DNA of 64,000 bases, from assembly GCF_006345805.1 (NCBI RefSeq), contig NC_042999.1, positions 89,652,001 through 89,716,000 on the forward strand. Reading direction: 5' to 3'. The position numbers were made by a program, and so were the translations under genes. Shown here in pieces: positions 23,102 to 35,649 of the stretch (the first letter of the stretch is position 1; each line of letters opens with the position of its first letter). Source of the stretch: Octopus sinensis. Its lineage: Eukaryota. The notes beneath the pieces are model-generated. The model was not told the origin of the DNA, did no database searches, and saw only the letters and a program-made list of their open reading frames with translations.

Positions 23102-25269
23102 CTGTAAGAGATTGACGATTTTAAATACATCTCAAATGCACCATCAATGCTTTGATCATGGTGTAGCCACCATGACTACGGCCACGATGGCTGCAATGTA
23201 TTAAAGTTATATACATGTGTTTGTGAACGAATGTTATCTTTATAAATAGTCCATACACGCCTCAGTGGTTTTTATCGTTTCGACTTCTCGTACATGATGA
23301 ACAAGAAAGTGAACTATAGGCCGTTTATAGAACTGGAGTAAGAACTAAAAGCAAAATTTGATTTCAATTGCATAATAAAATATGTGTATTAAAAAAAAAA
23401 ACATACTAATATAGCTTGAAACATTTTATACTGCTCACTTTTATATACCCACTTTTAAAAACACTGCATCTTTTAACAAAGACAGTTGAGAGAGCCATTA
23501 GGTGGTCACTGAACATGCTAGAAATAACTGTCAAATCTTCCTTAATTCACGTCAAATTTTCTTTAAAAAGCAGGATATATGAAGCTAGGTAGTCCTAGTC
23601 GTGCTAAAAAATGACATAGTTATAATTAGAACACTTGGAATCATGAAGTTTCTAAATCAGGACTGTCCCGCGAAGAAACAATAATGAATTATCCTAGACA
23701 TTATTTATATTAAAACATATAAGACGTATTTCAGAAATTATTTGTATCCCCTCACATACGTGTACTAATAGAAATCCACTTAGTAATACACATAGGCTTT
23801 TGATATCGAAACTTGATTCAGCAACGGAAAGACGAGTTGTATGAACAACCTTGTGACACTGTAGCATTTTTTGGCTCTTCAAAGAGAACTTTAATATTTA
23901 ATATAAACATACCTCTCTGATTCGAGCTATGATAATTTTATCCATAATAACACCATCTATGACAATAGCATCCAGATAAGAAAAATAATGAACAGTTTTC
24001 AGAGATTTCTCATCAGTATACGACAAATGCAACACCAAAGGAATATCATTTTATCAAGACTGATATATAAGTTCAATTTTCTAAAGGATTATAACCAAAA
24101 TAAAAGCCTTTGCATTTACCGAAACGCTGTCTACAATTTATTGCATCTCAGAAAGGTGAACTACAAGAACAATTATCAGCAAAACGATTTCGCACTAGTT
24201 GAAACTTTGTTTTGGATTTCACTTCGAATCGTAGACGGTTGTAAATTTCCACTGATGTCTGAAACAAAACATGACTCCATACACATCATGAAATGGTATG
24301 TCAAGCATGTGAGAATTTAATAAAGTAAACGGAAGAGAAAAAAAATGACACAGACCTGCTTAGTACCATTGGTTACATACAAATAAGCAGACCATTCTGT
24401 ATTTGATGATATAGACGCTTTCATGCATTCATAGAGAGAAATGAGTCTAGCAACTTTTCAGTAAGTCTCAGCTTAACCAGATCATTCCACAAGGAGTTTC
24501 TCAAACTCAATATCAAAAGTCTTTGCGAGATCAAGACGACTCACATTTGTGAGTTGTCTTGAACAAAAGGCTATTTAGCCTTTTGTTATGTTTCCGAGTA
24601 TTTTCTTGTAATTGACAGAAACTAAAATTCATATCTATTCTTCTTGGGCCAGATGAAAATTAACGCTAACTTTCAGGGTATATAGAGATTCGAGATGATC
24701 AAACATGACACATGTAAGGCAGGAATTTTTTCAGCTACAGGTAATAAAGCGATACAATTTAGTTTGTCAGATCACACTTAACTTTATAGCTGTACGAATG
24801 ATAGATGTAGTTTTAAATTGCTTTTTTTTTTTACCTCGGTACAAAAAAAATTCTCACACTTCCAGTACTTCTGTGAATTTATAAATGATAAAGCCGCTAC
24901 AGGATTTACAAATTTCTTCAAGAACATCACAATCACCAGGAGTCGCTTTAGTAGCTGAATTAATCTTCCTTAAGGTTAGAATCGAAGCAAGAGATTATGT
25001 TCTAAGTCTCTGGATCAACTTGTTAATTACTCCCTTATCTGTTTATGGCTCTTTAAGATACTATTAAAACTTTCTGCTCATTGCTTTAAAATATCATTCC
25101 TTTAAAATGCTTAGTCATGAAAGAAGTGTAGAGCTTCCTCAAGGTACAAGCCCAAACATATCAAAATTAGGAGCCTAACATCTCTTATATATACATACGT
25201 ACTACATACAAAAAATGTATTCGTACATACAGACATACACAAAAATAAAGTATATATATATATATAATC

Positions 25270-25945
25270 ATTATTTCTCTTTAGCACAGGTTTAGTTGGA
25301 GCTTCTGGAGTTTTACATGCGTAGCGGGCTTGCTACCAGTAGCCTACGATACCATGCTATCCATTTTCTTTTCGGCTATCAAATACTTTGCTAATTATTC
25401 TGGCCGTACCAAGGAGACAAAATTTTTGAAACAGTTTTACTGGTCACTTTATTCCAATTTCCTTCTTGGACTTCTTGGACTCATGTTTTTGTGCGCAACA
25501 ATGTTGTTAAACCTCCGTTAACAGCATCGTATGCAGGTCTTTTCCGTTTTCTTTCATGTACGGATAAATTTTTCACTATAGACCTTCATGGTCATAAAGA
25601 CACTATATCAGTGGATAGACTAAAAACGACCTTCATAGAGAAAAGTGTTCCTGTTCCCACTGTAGACGACACACACACTGCATTACAAACACGGCCCGCA
25701 CACCCACCTTTACATTCCATGACTACCATTCGGATCGATCAGGTACCAGAGAAGGATTCTGGATTAGTTTTCCGTTTTTCTTTTTACTGAATTTTTGAGA
25801 GGGGTCGGGTTCATTTTTAGCATTCTCATTTGTGAGAGCAGTCCAGTTTATTTCAGATATTCTAATTTTAAAAAGCATCTCCGACTAATCGTTGAGAGAA
25901 CGTTGGTATTGCCTTGGCGGAGTTTTGCGTTCTCTGAGTGCTCTT
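25270..25945 (+). mobile_element. Gypsy LTR-retrotransposon integrase C-terminal remnant
   Basis: HVFVRNNVVKPPLTASYAGLFR..TDKFFTIDLHGHKDTISVDRLKTTF matches the Gypsy HVFVR..PLQPPYDGP..TISIDRLKPA tail; purine run near 25798 could be a PPT. Confidence 0.75.
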
Positions 25946-25958
25946 GTTATTATTATTA

Positions 25959-26005
<47 letters not shown>

Positions 26006-27000
26006 GCCTTTGCACAGCTTCTAACGCTGGAGATGTACTACAGTGTCAGCTGTTCACTACCAGTGAACTAAGGTAACACCTCTTAATTTTCGAGCACATT
26101 CCGGAGTATTCGAGCGGTTCCAAGCAGTGCTGTTTTCTGCAAGTGCTCCACCCTTATTGCAGCCCCTACTTGTTCCATGTACTTCTCGAGATTTTTGCTC
26201 ACTGTTCCCAGGGCTCCAACAATTATTGGTACTACTGCTACCTTTTTCATCGACAACAACTGCTTAACTTCCCAAGCTAACCTGCCATATCTCTCAACTA
26301 TTCTTTCTTCCTTATCGCATACCTTGTTGTCAGCTGAGCATGTCATATCTTTGATCTAGCATAGTTTGTTTTCTTTCTCAATTAAAATTATGTCCGGCTT
26401 CCTATTCTCTGTCTCATGGTCGTACTGAATCATAAAATCCCATAGGATCTTTGCATTTCTATTTTCGACGATGCCTTCAGGTTTGTGGCCGTACCAATTT
26501 TTTGCTCTGTCAAGTCTGTACTTGTTGCAGAGTGTCCAATGGACAAACCTGGCTATATTGTTGTGGCGTCTCTTATATTCCTTCTGGGCTGGTGGCATAT
26601 ATTGGCTGGTAATATGTCATACGGTTTCACTGTTTTGTCCACAGATTTTGCACTTATCACTTTCTGCTGTGTTGTCTATTCTGTATTTTATGCAGTTTGT
26701 TCTTAGTGCTTGCTCTTGGGCAGCACAGATTAGAGCCTCCGTTTCCGGTTTTGAATCACTTTTAGTCATCCATAGCCATCTTTTTCTCTGTCTGCCTTAT
26801 CTTCAACATCCCTATGAAATTGACCATGCACTCTTTTCTTTACCTACCTATTTTCAGTTTCATACGTTTTCAATTTCTGCTTATCTTTGCAGTCTTTCCT
26901 CCTACACAAGCATGACCTTCCTACTTCTAATAATAGCGGTTCTGTGGCATTTTTTACATACCATGCTATGTTGTTTTATTCTGCTCTAATGCTTACTTTT
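26006..27000 (-). mobile_element. 5'-truncated R4/Dong-type LINE (CCHC and RLE), second subfamily
   Basis: HGQFHRD, ETEALICAAQEQAL, CKICGQ..ETV.HI, KPDIILIEK, KTALLGTARILRNVLEN*, short 3' UTR, then (AAT)n on its own strand. Confidence 0.9.
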
Positions 27001-27277
27001 AATCTGCATGTCACTTGCTGAGACACACTCAGCATCCTAGGGCGAATGATGGATAAGAGATGTTACAATATGACTGCAAGCGTAGGGGTGGGTGATGTGG
27101 AAGTCGATTTGCAACAGTCTAATGGAAACGTTAGGGACCTCATTATCACCGGTCACAAAGGAACTGCGCAGTACATGAGCAAAGCTCCTTCCTCCAGACA
27201 AAACAAATAACATAAACACGGCTTCTCAGCTCAATTAGTATTCCTTTTTCTTTTTTCCTTTATGTTCCTAAAGGTAC

Positions 27278-27445
27278 TGGTATAGCTATGTGGTTAAGAA
27301 GTTCGCTTAGCAACTATGTGGTTTCGGGTTCAGATCCACAGTGCGGCATCTTTAACAAATATTTTTTAAAATAGCCCTGGACTAACCAGTTATCTTGTAA
27401 GTGAATTTGGTGAAGGGAAACTTTATAGAGGCGCGTCTTAGACAT

Positions 27446-27487
<42 letters not shown>

Positions 27488-27735
27488 TGTGTGTGTGTAT
27501 GTGTGTGTGCGTTTGTGTGCGTGTGTGTATTTATATCTAAGTGTCTGTGTTTGTCCCTCTCCACTGTTTGACAACCGGTGTTGTTTGGTTTAGGTCACCG
27601 TAATCTTGTGATGCGGCATTAACTAATGGAATAAATACCGGACTTGAAAATAAGTACTGGAATTGATTTATTAAACCAAACCTGCAAGTTGATGCTGAAA
27701 TATGGCCGCTGTCTAATAACTGAAACAAGTAAAGG
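27278..27735 (+). mobile_element. tRNA-derived SINE family B with internal (GT)n
   Basis: A/B-box-like head (tagctatgtgg, gggttcagatcc), internal microsatellite, 3' half tttgacaaccgg...actgaaacaagtaaa. Confidence 0.8.
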
Positions 27736-27781
27736 TGTATGCATGTTTTTATACACGCACACACATGCACACACGCACACA

Positions 27782-27854
<73 letters not shown>

Positions 27855-27867
27855 ACATATATATATA

Positions 27868-28070
27868 GTCACCATGATAGATCGTTAGCCACTACACATT
27901 TTTTCTCTCCTTGTTTCTCTCCTTGTTTTTTCTGTGTCCCTTTCTGTAGAAGAGCGTAGGCTCGAAACGTAAAAGACTTTTTCTATTCCTGAGCGTTATA
28001 ATAATACATATGTTTGTTTTGTACACCACCTGTCTTCGTCTTTTATTTTTTTTATAAACTCTCCCTATAT
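27868..28070 (+). mobile_element. Penelope-like terminal repeat fragment with degenerate hammerhead core
   Basis: gaagagcgtaggctcgaaacgtaaaagac followed by a T-rich tail typical of PLE termini. Confidence 0.5.
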
Positions 28071-29135
28071 ATATATATATATTCAATGACATTATAAGTA
28101 GTATAAGTAGGTTAACGTTAACCACTGTTCACAAGCATTTTCCCTCGTATTTTACTAATGATTGTTTCAAAATACATCAACTATTACAATTTTGAAGGGT
28201 TTGAAAGCCCAAATTTACCTTAAATATTAAAATCTAGGATTAAGAATGCATTTGATGTTTTTTCCCCCAATTATTCATTTTACATATGTTTCTTAGAAAT
28301 GGGAACATTTTGACTTGTGCACTCATTGTTTCTTTATGAAACTATGCAAGTTTGGTAACTGTAGAAGTGTAATATAGTCAACAAAGAGATAATGAGTTAC
28401 CTGGGCTTTGTTCTCATCATTGATAGTATTGTTATTTAGCCCGAGGCCTGTGTGGATAAACCACATCTATGATCAGAGGCATTCCAGCCGTCTCTTACTT
28501 GTGTTATATTAAGAAAAAGAGTTCATAGTGCTACATTATCCAGTATGTCCATAATTTATTTTTAAAGATAGTGAAGTGTCAAAAGAAAGAAACTTAGGTG
28601 TTATATCTTATAGTCAAACGACCACGTTGAGGCCATCTTATTATCATTCCTTGTGTAATCGTCAGTTCTTAACAGAAGTCCTCAAGTGACTTTTGGTTAA
28701 GATATAAAGCAACAGCTACTTCTTAAATGGTATTAAAAAATAAAGCTGTATCTTCGTGGGGGACTAGATAACTACACTTCGATAATTTGTACTTTGCCAC
28801 TGGTGGTGAAGATGTTACATTCAACAAACAGACACACAGACAAACAAACACACATATGCATACATACACACGAAGACATGCGCGCGCACCCCCACACACG
28901 CACACACACACACACACACACGCGCACACACACACACACATATACACATCTAACTATATTCAACCCAACAATATAAAAATTTATACTCAATTCTATTCAT
29001 CTGATTAGATTTCATTAGATTTGTTTAACCTCACACTCAATTGACCCCTGATGAGATGATCGAACCTCAGCTTCGATTACCTTAATCCACTACAATCTTT
29101 CTTTCAATGATAATTCTACACAGCTGATTTGTATA

Positions 29136-29172
<37 letters not shown>

Positions 29173-29189
29173 TATACATTATCACAAGC

Positions 29190-30000
29190 CAAATGAAAAA
29201 TTCGTATATACGCGTAAACGGTCACCCTTCTATAGTGTTTAGGAACCTAATAGCCAACATCAGTAATAGGATATCTAATCTCTCCTTTTCAAATGAAATA
29301 TTTGATAAAGTAGCCTCTGCCAATAAAAATGACCTAGGTAACAGCACTTCAAAAATAAGATGTCCTACAAGATCAATTACAAACTATGAAACCAAAAATA
29401 GGAAAATAGCATAGCTCCCACCACCACCACTACCACCAATTTCTCTTTTAAATGTTAAAACTAACATGGATAAGAAATCTCCGACTTTCTTAGATAAACA
29501 TTTCCCAGTAAACCATAACTACAGGAATTTTTTAATAGCCGCTCAGTAAAAAATTCATACAGCTGCTGCCCCAATATGAAGGACATTATCAGTCATAATC
29601 ATCACCGACAGCCCACACCCAGTTGCAAATGTCGAGACCCTGAAGCTTGCTCACTTGACTAGGTGTGTTTGATAAACTCACTTGCTTATGAAGCCGAAGT
29701 CACAGCAGTGCTCCAAGGTAAGGCAATTAAAAAGAAAACTACGTGTGTTTATGGGAAGGCAATTTTAAAAGACGTTATGCAAACCACCAGTCTTCTAAGT
29801 TGGCTAGTCATGTTTAAGATGGAAGACCAACTCCACACAACATATAATCAAGTAGAACATGTTGGAGAAATCTATGTCATATGTCAATGGATCAAAGAAG
29901 TGCAAGCTATGTATAGCACATTCTTTTTAGATCCAAAAATTCCATCAAACCCTTAATTCCAAATCCGAAATCCTTAGCAAATGTTTGTAGATAAAGGCTT
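29190..30000 (+). mobile_element. Penelope-like element remnant (RT thumb and GIY-YIG)
   Basis: HPSIVFRNL..ISNRISNLS, FSLNVKTN, SVKISYSCCPNM, CKCRDPEACSL, KKCKLC and LNSKSEILSKC across frames. Confidence 0.85.
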
Positions 30001-30306
30001 CTTTATCTACAAGCATGATATATTGACGCAAATAGCTTTTTATAGATTATTAAAAACATTCCTCATATTCAGAAAAATATTAGAGAAAAGGGCCATTGTA
30101 CAACAATATTGATATTTAAACAAGTGGTTCACGCACAAGATGCAAACCCATGAAAAATAAATTCCAGCTTGACCTCACTAATAAGATTAAGTTTGCTTAC
30201 TTTAAAACAAAATACTGAATTTCTGTTTTTGTTTTTTCAAATGAGATTCGTAATTTTACGTCGAAATTGAAATATATGCTGCCAGTAAAATAATATATTT
30301 ACTTAC

Positions 30307-30357
30307 GTTTTTTGGCGTGTTACCCATTATATCCCATTTCTGTCGACGGTAATCTCC
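30307..30357 (-). CDS. Host gene exon (GDYRRQKWDIMGNTPKN)
   Basis: Acceptor ttttttttttcag, donor aac|gtaagt, 51 nt, only frame 0 open, phase 0 to 0. Confidence 0.8.
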
Positions 30358-30879
30358 CTGAAAAAAAAAAGTCTCAAATTTATTTGGGTCTATAACAAAA
30401 GACCTAAAGTAGCTTAAGTTTATCTTGCATACAATACATAAAATTAATTATCACGTTGCTAGATTGATATCTTACTCAGAAGGCAGTCTGTGCCCCTGTT
30501 CATCAATCAATTAATGGTAAAGATCAAGCCTGATTGCTTTCACAATGAGGTTTCTTTATCTACAAAATGTGATGTTGATGCGAATCACTTTTGATGCGAG
30601 GGATAATAATCTGTATTTAAGATACTAACTCCTTGTATTCAGAAAAATATTTGAGAGGACCATTTTGATGACTCATCAATCCAGTTTTTGATAATAGAAA
30701 TTTTCTATATGTTGAGAAGTCAAACTTGTGTCGTGATAAGAGAAAAAGACATTCACTTGCTGCATTTTACCGTCAGCAATTATCATTGTATCGCAATTCA
30801 AACACTTTTCCTCACCGTTAGTCATACTTCTAACTCATCGTGCTCAGTTCTTGAATCTGGAGCTCCTCTATTTTAGGGG

Positions 30880-31800
30880 TCTTTATACAGTATTTGTACT
30901 GTCTTATTTTAATATTGGGGCTTAAAAGTTGTCTACGACTAACATTAAAACTGAATGTCTTTATACGCAAGTATTGTTGTAAGAAGGTAGGGGAGGAGCT
31001 CTTCAATCTTTCAAATAGTTTTTGTTCGGGTTTATCCCTCTTTTTAGAGAGAGGGGTTATTCCTATCTTTCTCTTGCACCCTCTCTAATCTTTTTTGGTT
31101 AATATCAAATCTCCGTCGTCAAAAGACAATGGATTGACTGCTTGGTGATGGTATGAAGCAGGTTGTTTGGTCACTGGTTTCCAAGGCAGAATGCACCCGT
31201 GGGGTACTGGTGATTAGAGTCTACAAATATTATTTTTCGCTACTTTTCTATCTTTTTACCTTCTCTACTTTCACAGAATAAAGTTCTTTAAATACCCTAT
31301 TCTCCCACAAGTGTTGCAACTAGGTCTTTTGCTTTGCACTACAAGTCCCGTGTCTTTCGTTTCTGCACCGTTCCAGTGTGTAAAACAGCGGAAGAGCACT
31401 GTTCCAGTGCGGCCCTCTTGTTTTTAAGAATCATTAGGGTTTATGGGTTCTTTTTGGTCCTTCCTGGCCTCATGGCACCCTCTTTCAAATCTGCACTCAT
31501 CATCTACCCATGAAGCGTAACAAAAGTTACTTATGCATAAATGAATGTGTGCTTTACTCTTTTTTTTTACAACTGAGTTGTGTTTTCCGTACCAAAAGTG
31601 ATGTGAACATCCGTATCTCCTGCTCCGCGCAAAGAAGATAATTTTCTCAAGCACATCTAACAAAGCTTCTTTCAGCTGTTTTTTTTAAAGGGATATGAAA
31701 AACTTCTACACGTTTCTGGTGACGATAGACATAGGCAATTCTTTTCTTTGCTCGTCCCTGTATGTAGTCGTCAGGCAGAAAGATGCTTACCTCACGGGAA
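30880..31800 (-). mobile_element. Degenerate RTE-like LINE (EN-RT linker and RT start)
   Basis: QLKEALLDVLEKII, SWVDDECR and ITPLSKKRDK resemble the linker W.D.EC and I.P..KKGD motifs. Confidence 0.4.
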
Positions 31801-31809
31801 AAAAACCGT

Positions 31810-31980
31810 TTCCGATTTAGGTATAAGACCAGCAAATTTGTCGATACCATCGATCCCCACTTCTTGACTGGTACTTTATTTTCGATAACGAAAGGATTTG
31901 AACTCAGAAGGTAAAGTGCAGCAAAGTATAACGCAAGGGATTTATTCTGATGCCCTAACGATTCTACCAGATCACCACAG
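31810..31980 (-). mobile_element. SINE family A
   Basis: ctggtactttattttcgataacgaaaggatttgaactcagaa...taacgattctaccag. Confidence 0.7.
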
Positions 31981-32564
31981 ACACGCATAAGGCCTAGTAG
32001 TACAAATAATAAAGGATCACGTAGTGTGAGGTTTAAAGTGAAATGTGTATTTCGAATTTGATACATAGAAAGTAAAAAACAATATGCTATCATTGCCGGC
32101 AATAAATAACTGGTAGCCGAAGAAAGTGATGATTTTCTAACTAAAGTTTTGCAATTAAAGCACAAATGCAATAATAGATTTGATAGAAATGCTTCTCTCT
32201 TTTACAAGCTACTTTGCAGCCGCACTCTACTACAAAATTCAAAGCTGCAAAAATATTCTCCATAATTTAAAGAGAAAATAACCCTTCATCTACGGGGTAT
32301 TTTGTCACTAAATTTCGATCTCAAACAGTCTAGCAAACTTAAGAAAGCTCAATCTCAAACCTAGCAGAAAAGAAATCAGAAATCAAAACAGATTGTTTAA
32401 AAGAAGGACTAGCTAGAAAAATGCATATAACAAAACAAACAAAAAAAAACTGATGAAAAAACTTCCTGAGTGTAAAACAACAAAGGTGCATTCAATCCAC
32501 ACAAAACAAAATGAATCCCAAAACGCAATCACATCAGACACAAGAAGACATGCAAAATACTTAC

Positions 32565-32573
32565 CTTAGGAGA
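32565..32573 (-). CDS. 9-nt microexon (SPK)
   Basis: Acceptor tgtgttattctgtttcag, exon tctcctaag, donor aag|gtaagtat; phase 0 to 0 between two phase-0 exons. Confidence 0.65.
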
Positions 32574-32789
32574 CTGAAACAGAATAACACAAGTAAAAAT
32601 ATTTATATAAACGAATATAGATATATAGCGGTTAAAAATACGTCAATAATGGCATAATAGATACAAACAATTACTGCTTAGACCAGAACAGATACCAAAA
32701 ATCTGACTTCGAACGAAAGGAGAGGGAATCTAAACGAACAATAGTTGGGTATAAGTAATTTACTGCTTATATATATACATATATTTGGC

Positions 32790-32935
32790 CTTTCTACCAT
32801 AGGCGCAAGGCCTGAAATTTAGGGGAGGGTAGTTGTCGATTACGTTGTCCTCAGTGCTTAACTAGTTCTTATTTTATCGCCTCCAAAAGGATGAAAGGCA
32901 AATTCGGCCTTAGCAGAAGTTGTACTCAGAGCATA
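32790..32935 (-). mobile_element. SINE family A
   Basis: ataggcgcaaggcctgaaattt...cttattttatcg...ggatgaaaggcaaa. Confidence 0.75.
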
Positions 32936-32986
32936 CAGTTAGGAGATATGTGTCTGTGCGTTTGTGTATGTATATAATGTGTGTGT

Positions 32987-33038
<52 letters not shown>

Positions 33039-33506
33039 CTATGTATGTATGTCTGTCATAGTTCAGTCTTATTTCAAGATTTCTTGCCAATAGAGAAAGA
33101 GCCGTTTTCTAACTTAGATTCAAGGCACCTTCATTGGAATTTCAACATCAAAAACAGAGTATTTTTGTTTGTATGTATGTATGTGTGCATGCATATGTGC
33201 AGATATGTATTTTTTGCTTTATGTATGTATTCTCATGTATACAGTTGCATATCTAGACATATTCATATATATTTAAATATATCAGAAAATTGTGGTGGTA
33301 GTGGTGGTGATGATGATGATGATGATGATGATAATGTTATAATTTGTGTAGTATGGAAGTATGAGGCCCGAAATTTAGAAGGTGGAGAAATTAATAGTTG
33401 CAACACTCGTGTTAGTAAAGTTAGTAAAGTAAATGGTATGGAATGTTTGTAACCGGAGATCGTATCTAATAAAAAAAAATAAATAAAATGAAAATATTTT
33501 ACTTAC

Positions 33507-33566
33507 CCTTTCAAACTTTCCTATTGTCGTTCCCCACGGATAAAATTCTGTTAACATTTGAAGGTC
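33507..33566 (-). CDS. Host gene exon (DLQMLTEFYPWGTTIGKFER)
   Basis: Acceptor ttttctatttaaag, donor agg|gtaagt, 60 nt, phase 0 to 0. Confidence 0.8.
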
Positions 33567-34059
33567 CTTTAAATAGAAAATACATCGATACATTTACATC
33601 GACAAAACAGTGACAGCAGATTTTTGCTTTTCAGTGACGGCTTTACATAGATGAAAAATAACAATTGATTTGATATCAGCATAAACAGCTACGACTGAGT
33701 TGAATTATGAAAACTGGTAGGATTGTACATGCTAAGTTGATCAAACCAGTTATTTGTCTCCCACTACGGAGCAAAGGCCTACTCTTTACCTCTCTCAAAA
33801 TTTCAGCTTGAGTTTTGCTTGTTCTGTAATAATTTCAGATTTCCTTGGGTAATTGAAGATATTGATGCATAAACTTAATTGGTGACTAAAGACCGTTATA
33901 GCGTAATCTCTCTCATTCTATCAGCTGCGGCTGGACTTCATCTTTTTTTTCCATAGATCCAACAGGAATATTTGTTAAAGATATTAGTTTTTATGTCATT
34001 TAAAGAGTCATTTGTACAGTATAGATATACTACAATCCAAATTAACAATTCGATACATA

Positions 34060-35128
34060 CGAGGTGACATCAGAAAGTTCCACGACTAATTATGTTTAAT
34101 GAAAAATAACTTATTTTCCTAAATATTTTTAACATCATCTCTTTCGGAATAGTCACCTTGCGCAGCAATACACCAGTCCCAGATTTCCTTCCACTTCTGG
34201 AATCCGGCCTGGAAGTCGTTTTCCGTAAGCGAGTCAGAGCTGGCCCTAGGGTTGCTGGCGCCCGGGGCAAGCTGAACTCCGGCGTGCACAAGCTGACGGT
34301 CGTAGAAATTTCCTTGTGTTTGTCATGCCCTCCTTGGCATCCTCTAGCACATGGCGCCCCGAGCGACTGCCCAAGCTGCCGGTACCTTGAGCCGTACCTG
34401 AAGCGAGAAGGACCTTCTGCGATTTGCTCTGGATCTCGACAATGGAGTTAAAACGGCGATTTTTCAGTTGCATTTTCATCTTTGAAAGAGATGGAAGCTT
34501 GCAGGGGCTAAATCTAGCGAATAGGGCAGGTGCGGAAGCGACACCATGTTGTTTTTGGTGAGAAACTCACGAGTCAGGAGTGATAGTGTGCATTCAATTT
34601 CTTCGTGCTCCACAATCCTGTCATTTCGCCCAATGTTCTCCCTTAAACGCTTCCAAACATCGCAGCAGAATTTTCAGTTGACAGTCTGGCCCTGGGGGAC
34701 GAATCCTCAATGCACAATACCACATTCACGGGGAATACGCTCGTGGCAGGTCTTCCAGATCGCTCATCGTCTTTCAGGAACATTCTTTCGCTTTTGAAGC
34801 TCCCGTGCCACTCGAAACACTCATACGACCTATTGCTTCGTCGCCGTAAGCCTGCCGAAGCATGCTCAATGTCTCTGTAGTAGACTTCCCAAGTTTAACA
34901 CAAAATTTCTCGGTGGCTCTCTGTTACTGTCTATGACAGAATGACAGAATACAGCATACACGTGATCACAAAAACAGAAATTTCACAACTTTCGAAGTAA
35001 ACACAGCGATGTCACTTGGTGCACTGCCTCATGAAATTCACTGCTAGCTCTCACTGCGCACGCAACCGTTTGCTGCCATCTGTTAGCGCGCTACAGAACT
35101 AGACGGGGAACCTATTGATACCGCTTCG
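34060..35128 (-). mobile_element. Mariner-family element, internally deleted, both TIRs and TA TSDs present
   Basis: TIRs cgaggtgacatcagaaagttcc and ggaacctattgataccgcttcg flanked by TA; MLRQAYGDEA, DDERSGRP, EFVPQGQTVN and HLPYSLDLAP (YSPDLAP-like). Confidence 0.9.
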
Positions 35129-35392
35129 TAGGACAATACAGAAATGATGCCCTTGCTGCCTCGCTCCACACAGATGGCCGACAGTAGGAAAATATAGGAG
35201 AGATTTAATTCACGTCTTTATGGATTTAAGCTTCAATACAAATTATAACTATAAGTATAGTTAATTTTTTGTTATAAATTTAAATCTAGAGACCGATAAA
35301 ATGTCAACCTCTAAGAAACCCTAAAGGCTGATAGTGTAGATTGATTTTGATATTCCCCCACGACATTATTACAAAATTACCCTTATAATCAA

Positions 35393-35438
<46 letters not shown>

Positions 35439-35649
35439 CAGAGAAAAAAAGCAAATTTACAGAAATCATCAGCTCCCTATCTATGTTTTTATATCAACGT
35501 AACAAGCCTCCAAAACAAAATATCTTGTTTAACCAATTACACAACAAAAATGTGCAATCAAATGTAGTTCTTAGCCTAATCAGAAAGCACCTTCCAGCCA
35601 TAGCCGTAACTTACTAATGAAGCCATAACCATAAGTTATTTAATAGTCA

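Noticed and set aside
23988-24320. 110-aa plus-strand ORF
   Set aside because: AT-rich, no motif, no supporting neighbouring exons
26471-26989. 172-aa plus-strand ORF
   Set aside because: Antisense shadow of the R4 LINE coding strand
28385-28460. Minus-strand exon-like segment with cag|gtaact donor
   Set aside because: Overlaps the start of a dispersed repeat also seen near 43695 and 60345; its phase does not fit the neighbouring exons
29048-29065. CTGATGA-GATGATC-GAAC upstream of the Penelope ORF
   Set aside because: Only a 2-bp stem, GAAC instead of GAAA and no NUH triplet in register; at best a relic
31647-32171. 174-aa minus-strand ORF
   Set aside because: Runs across a SINE (31810-31980) and a decayed LINE; a composite artefact
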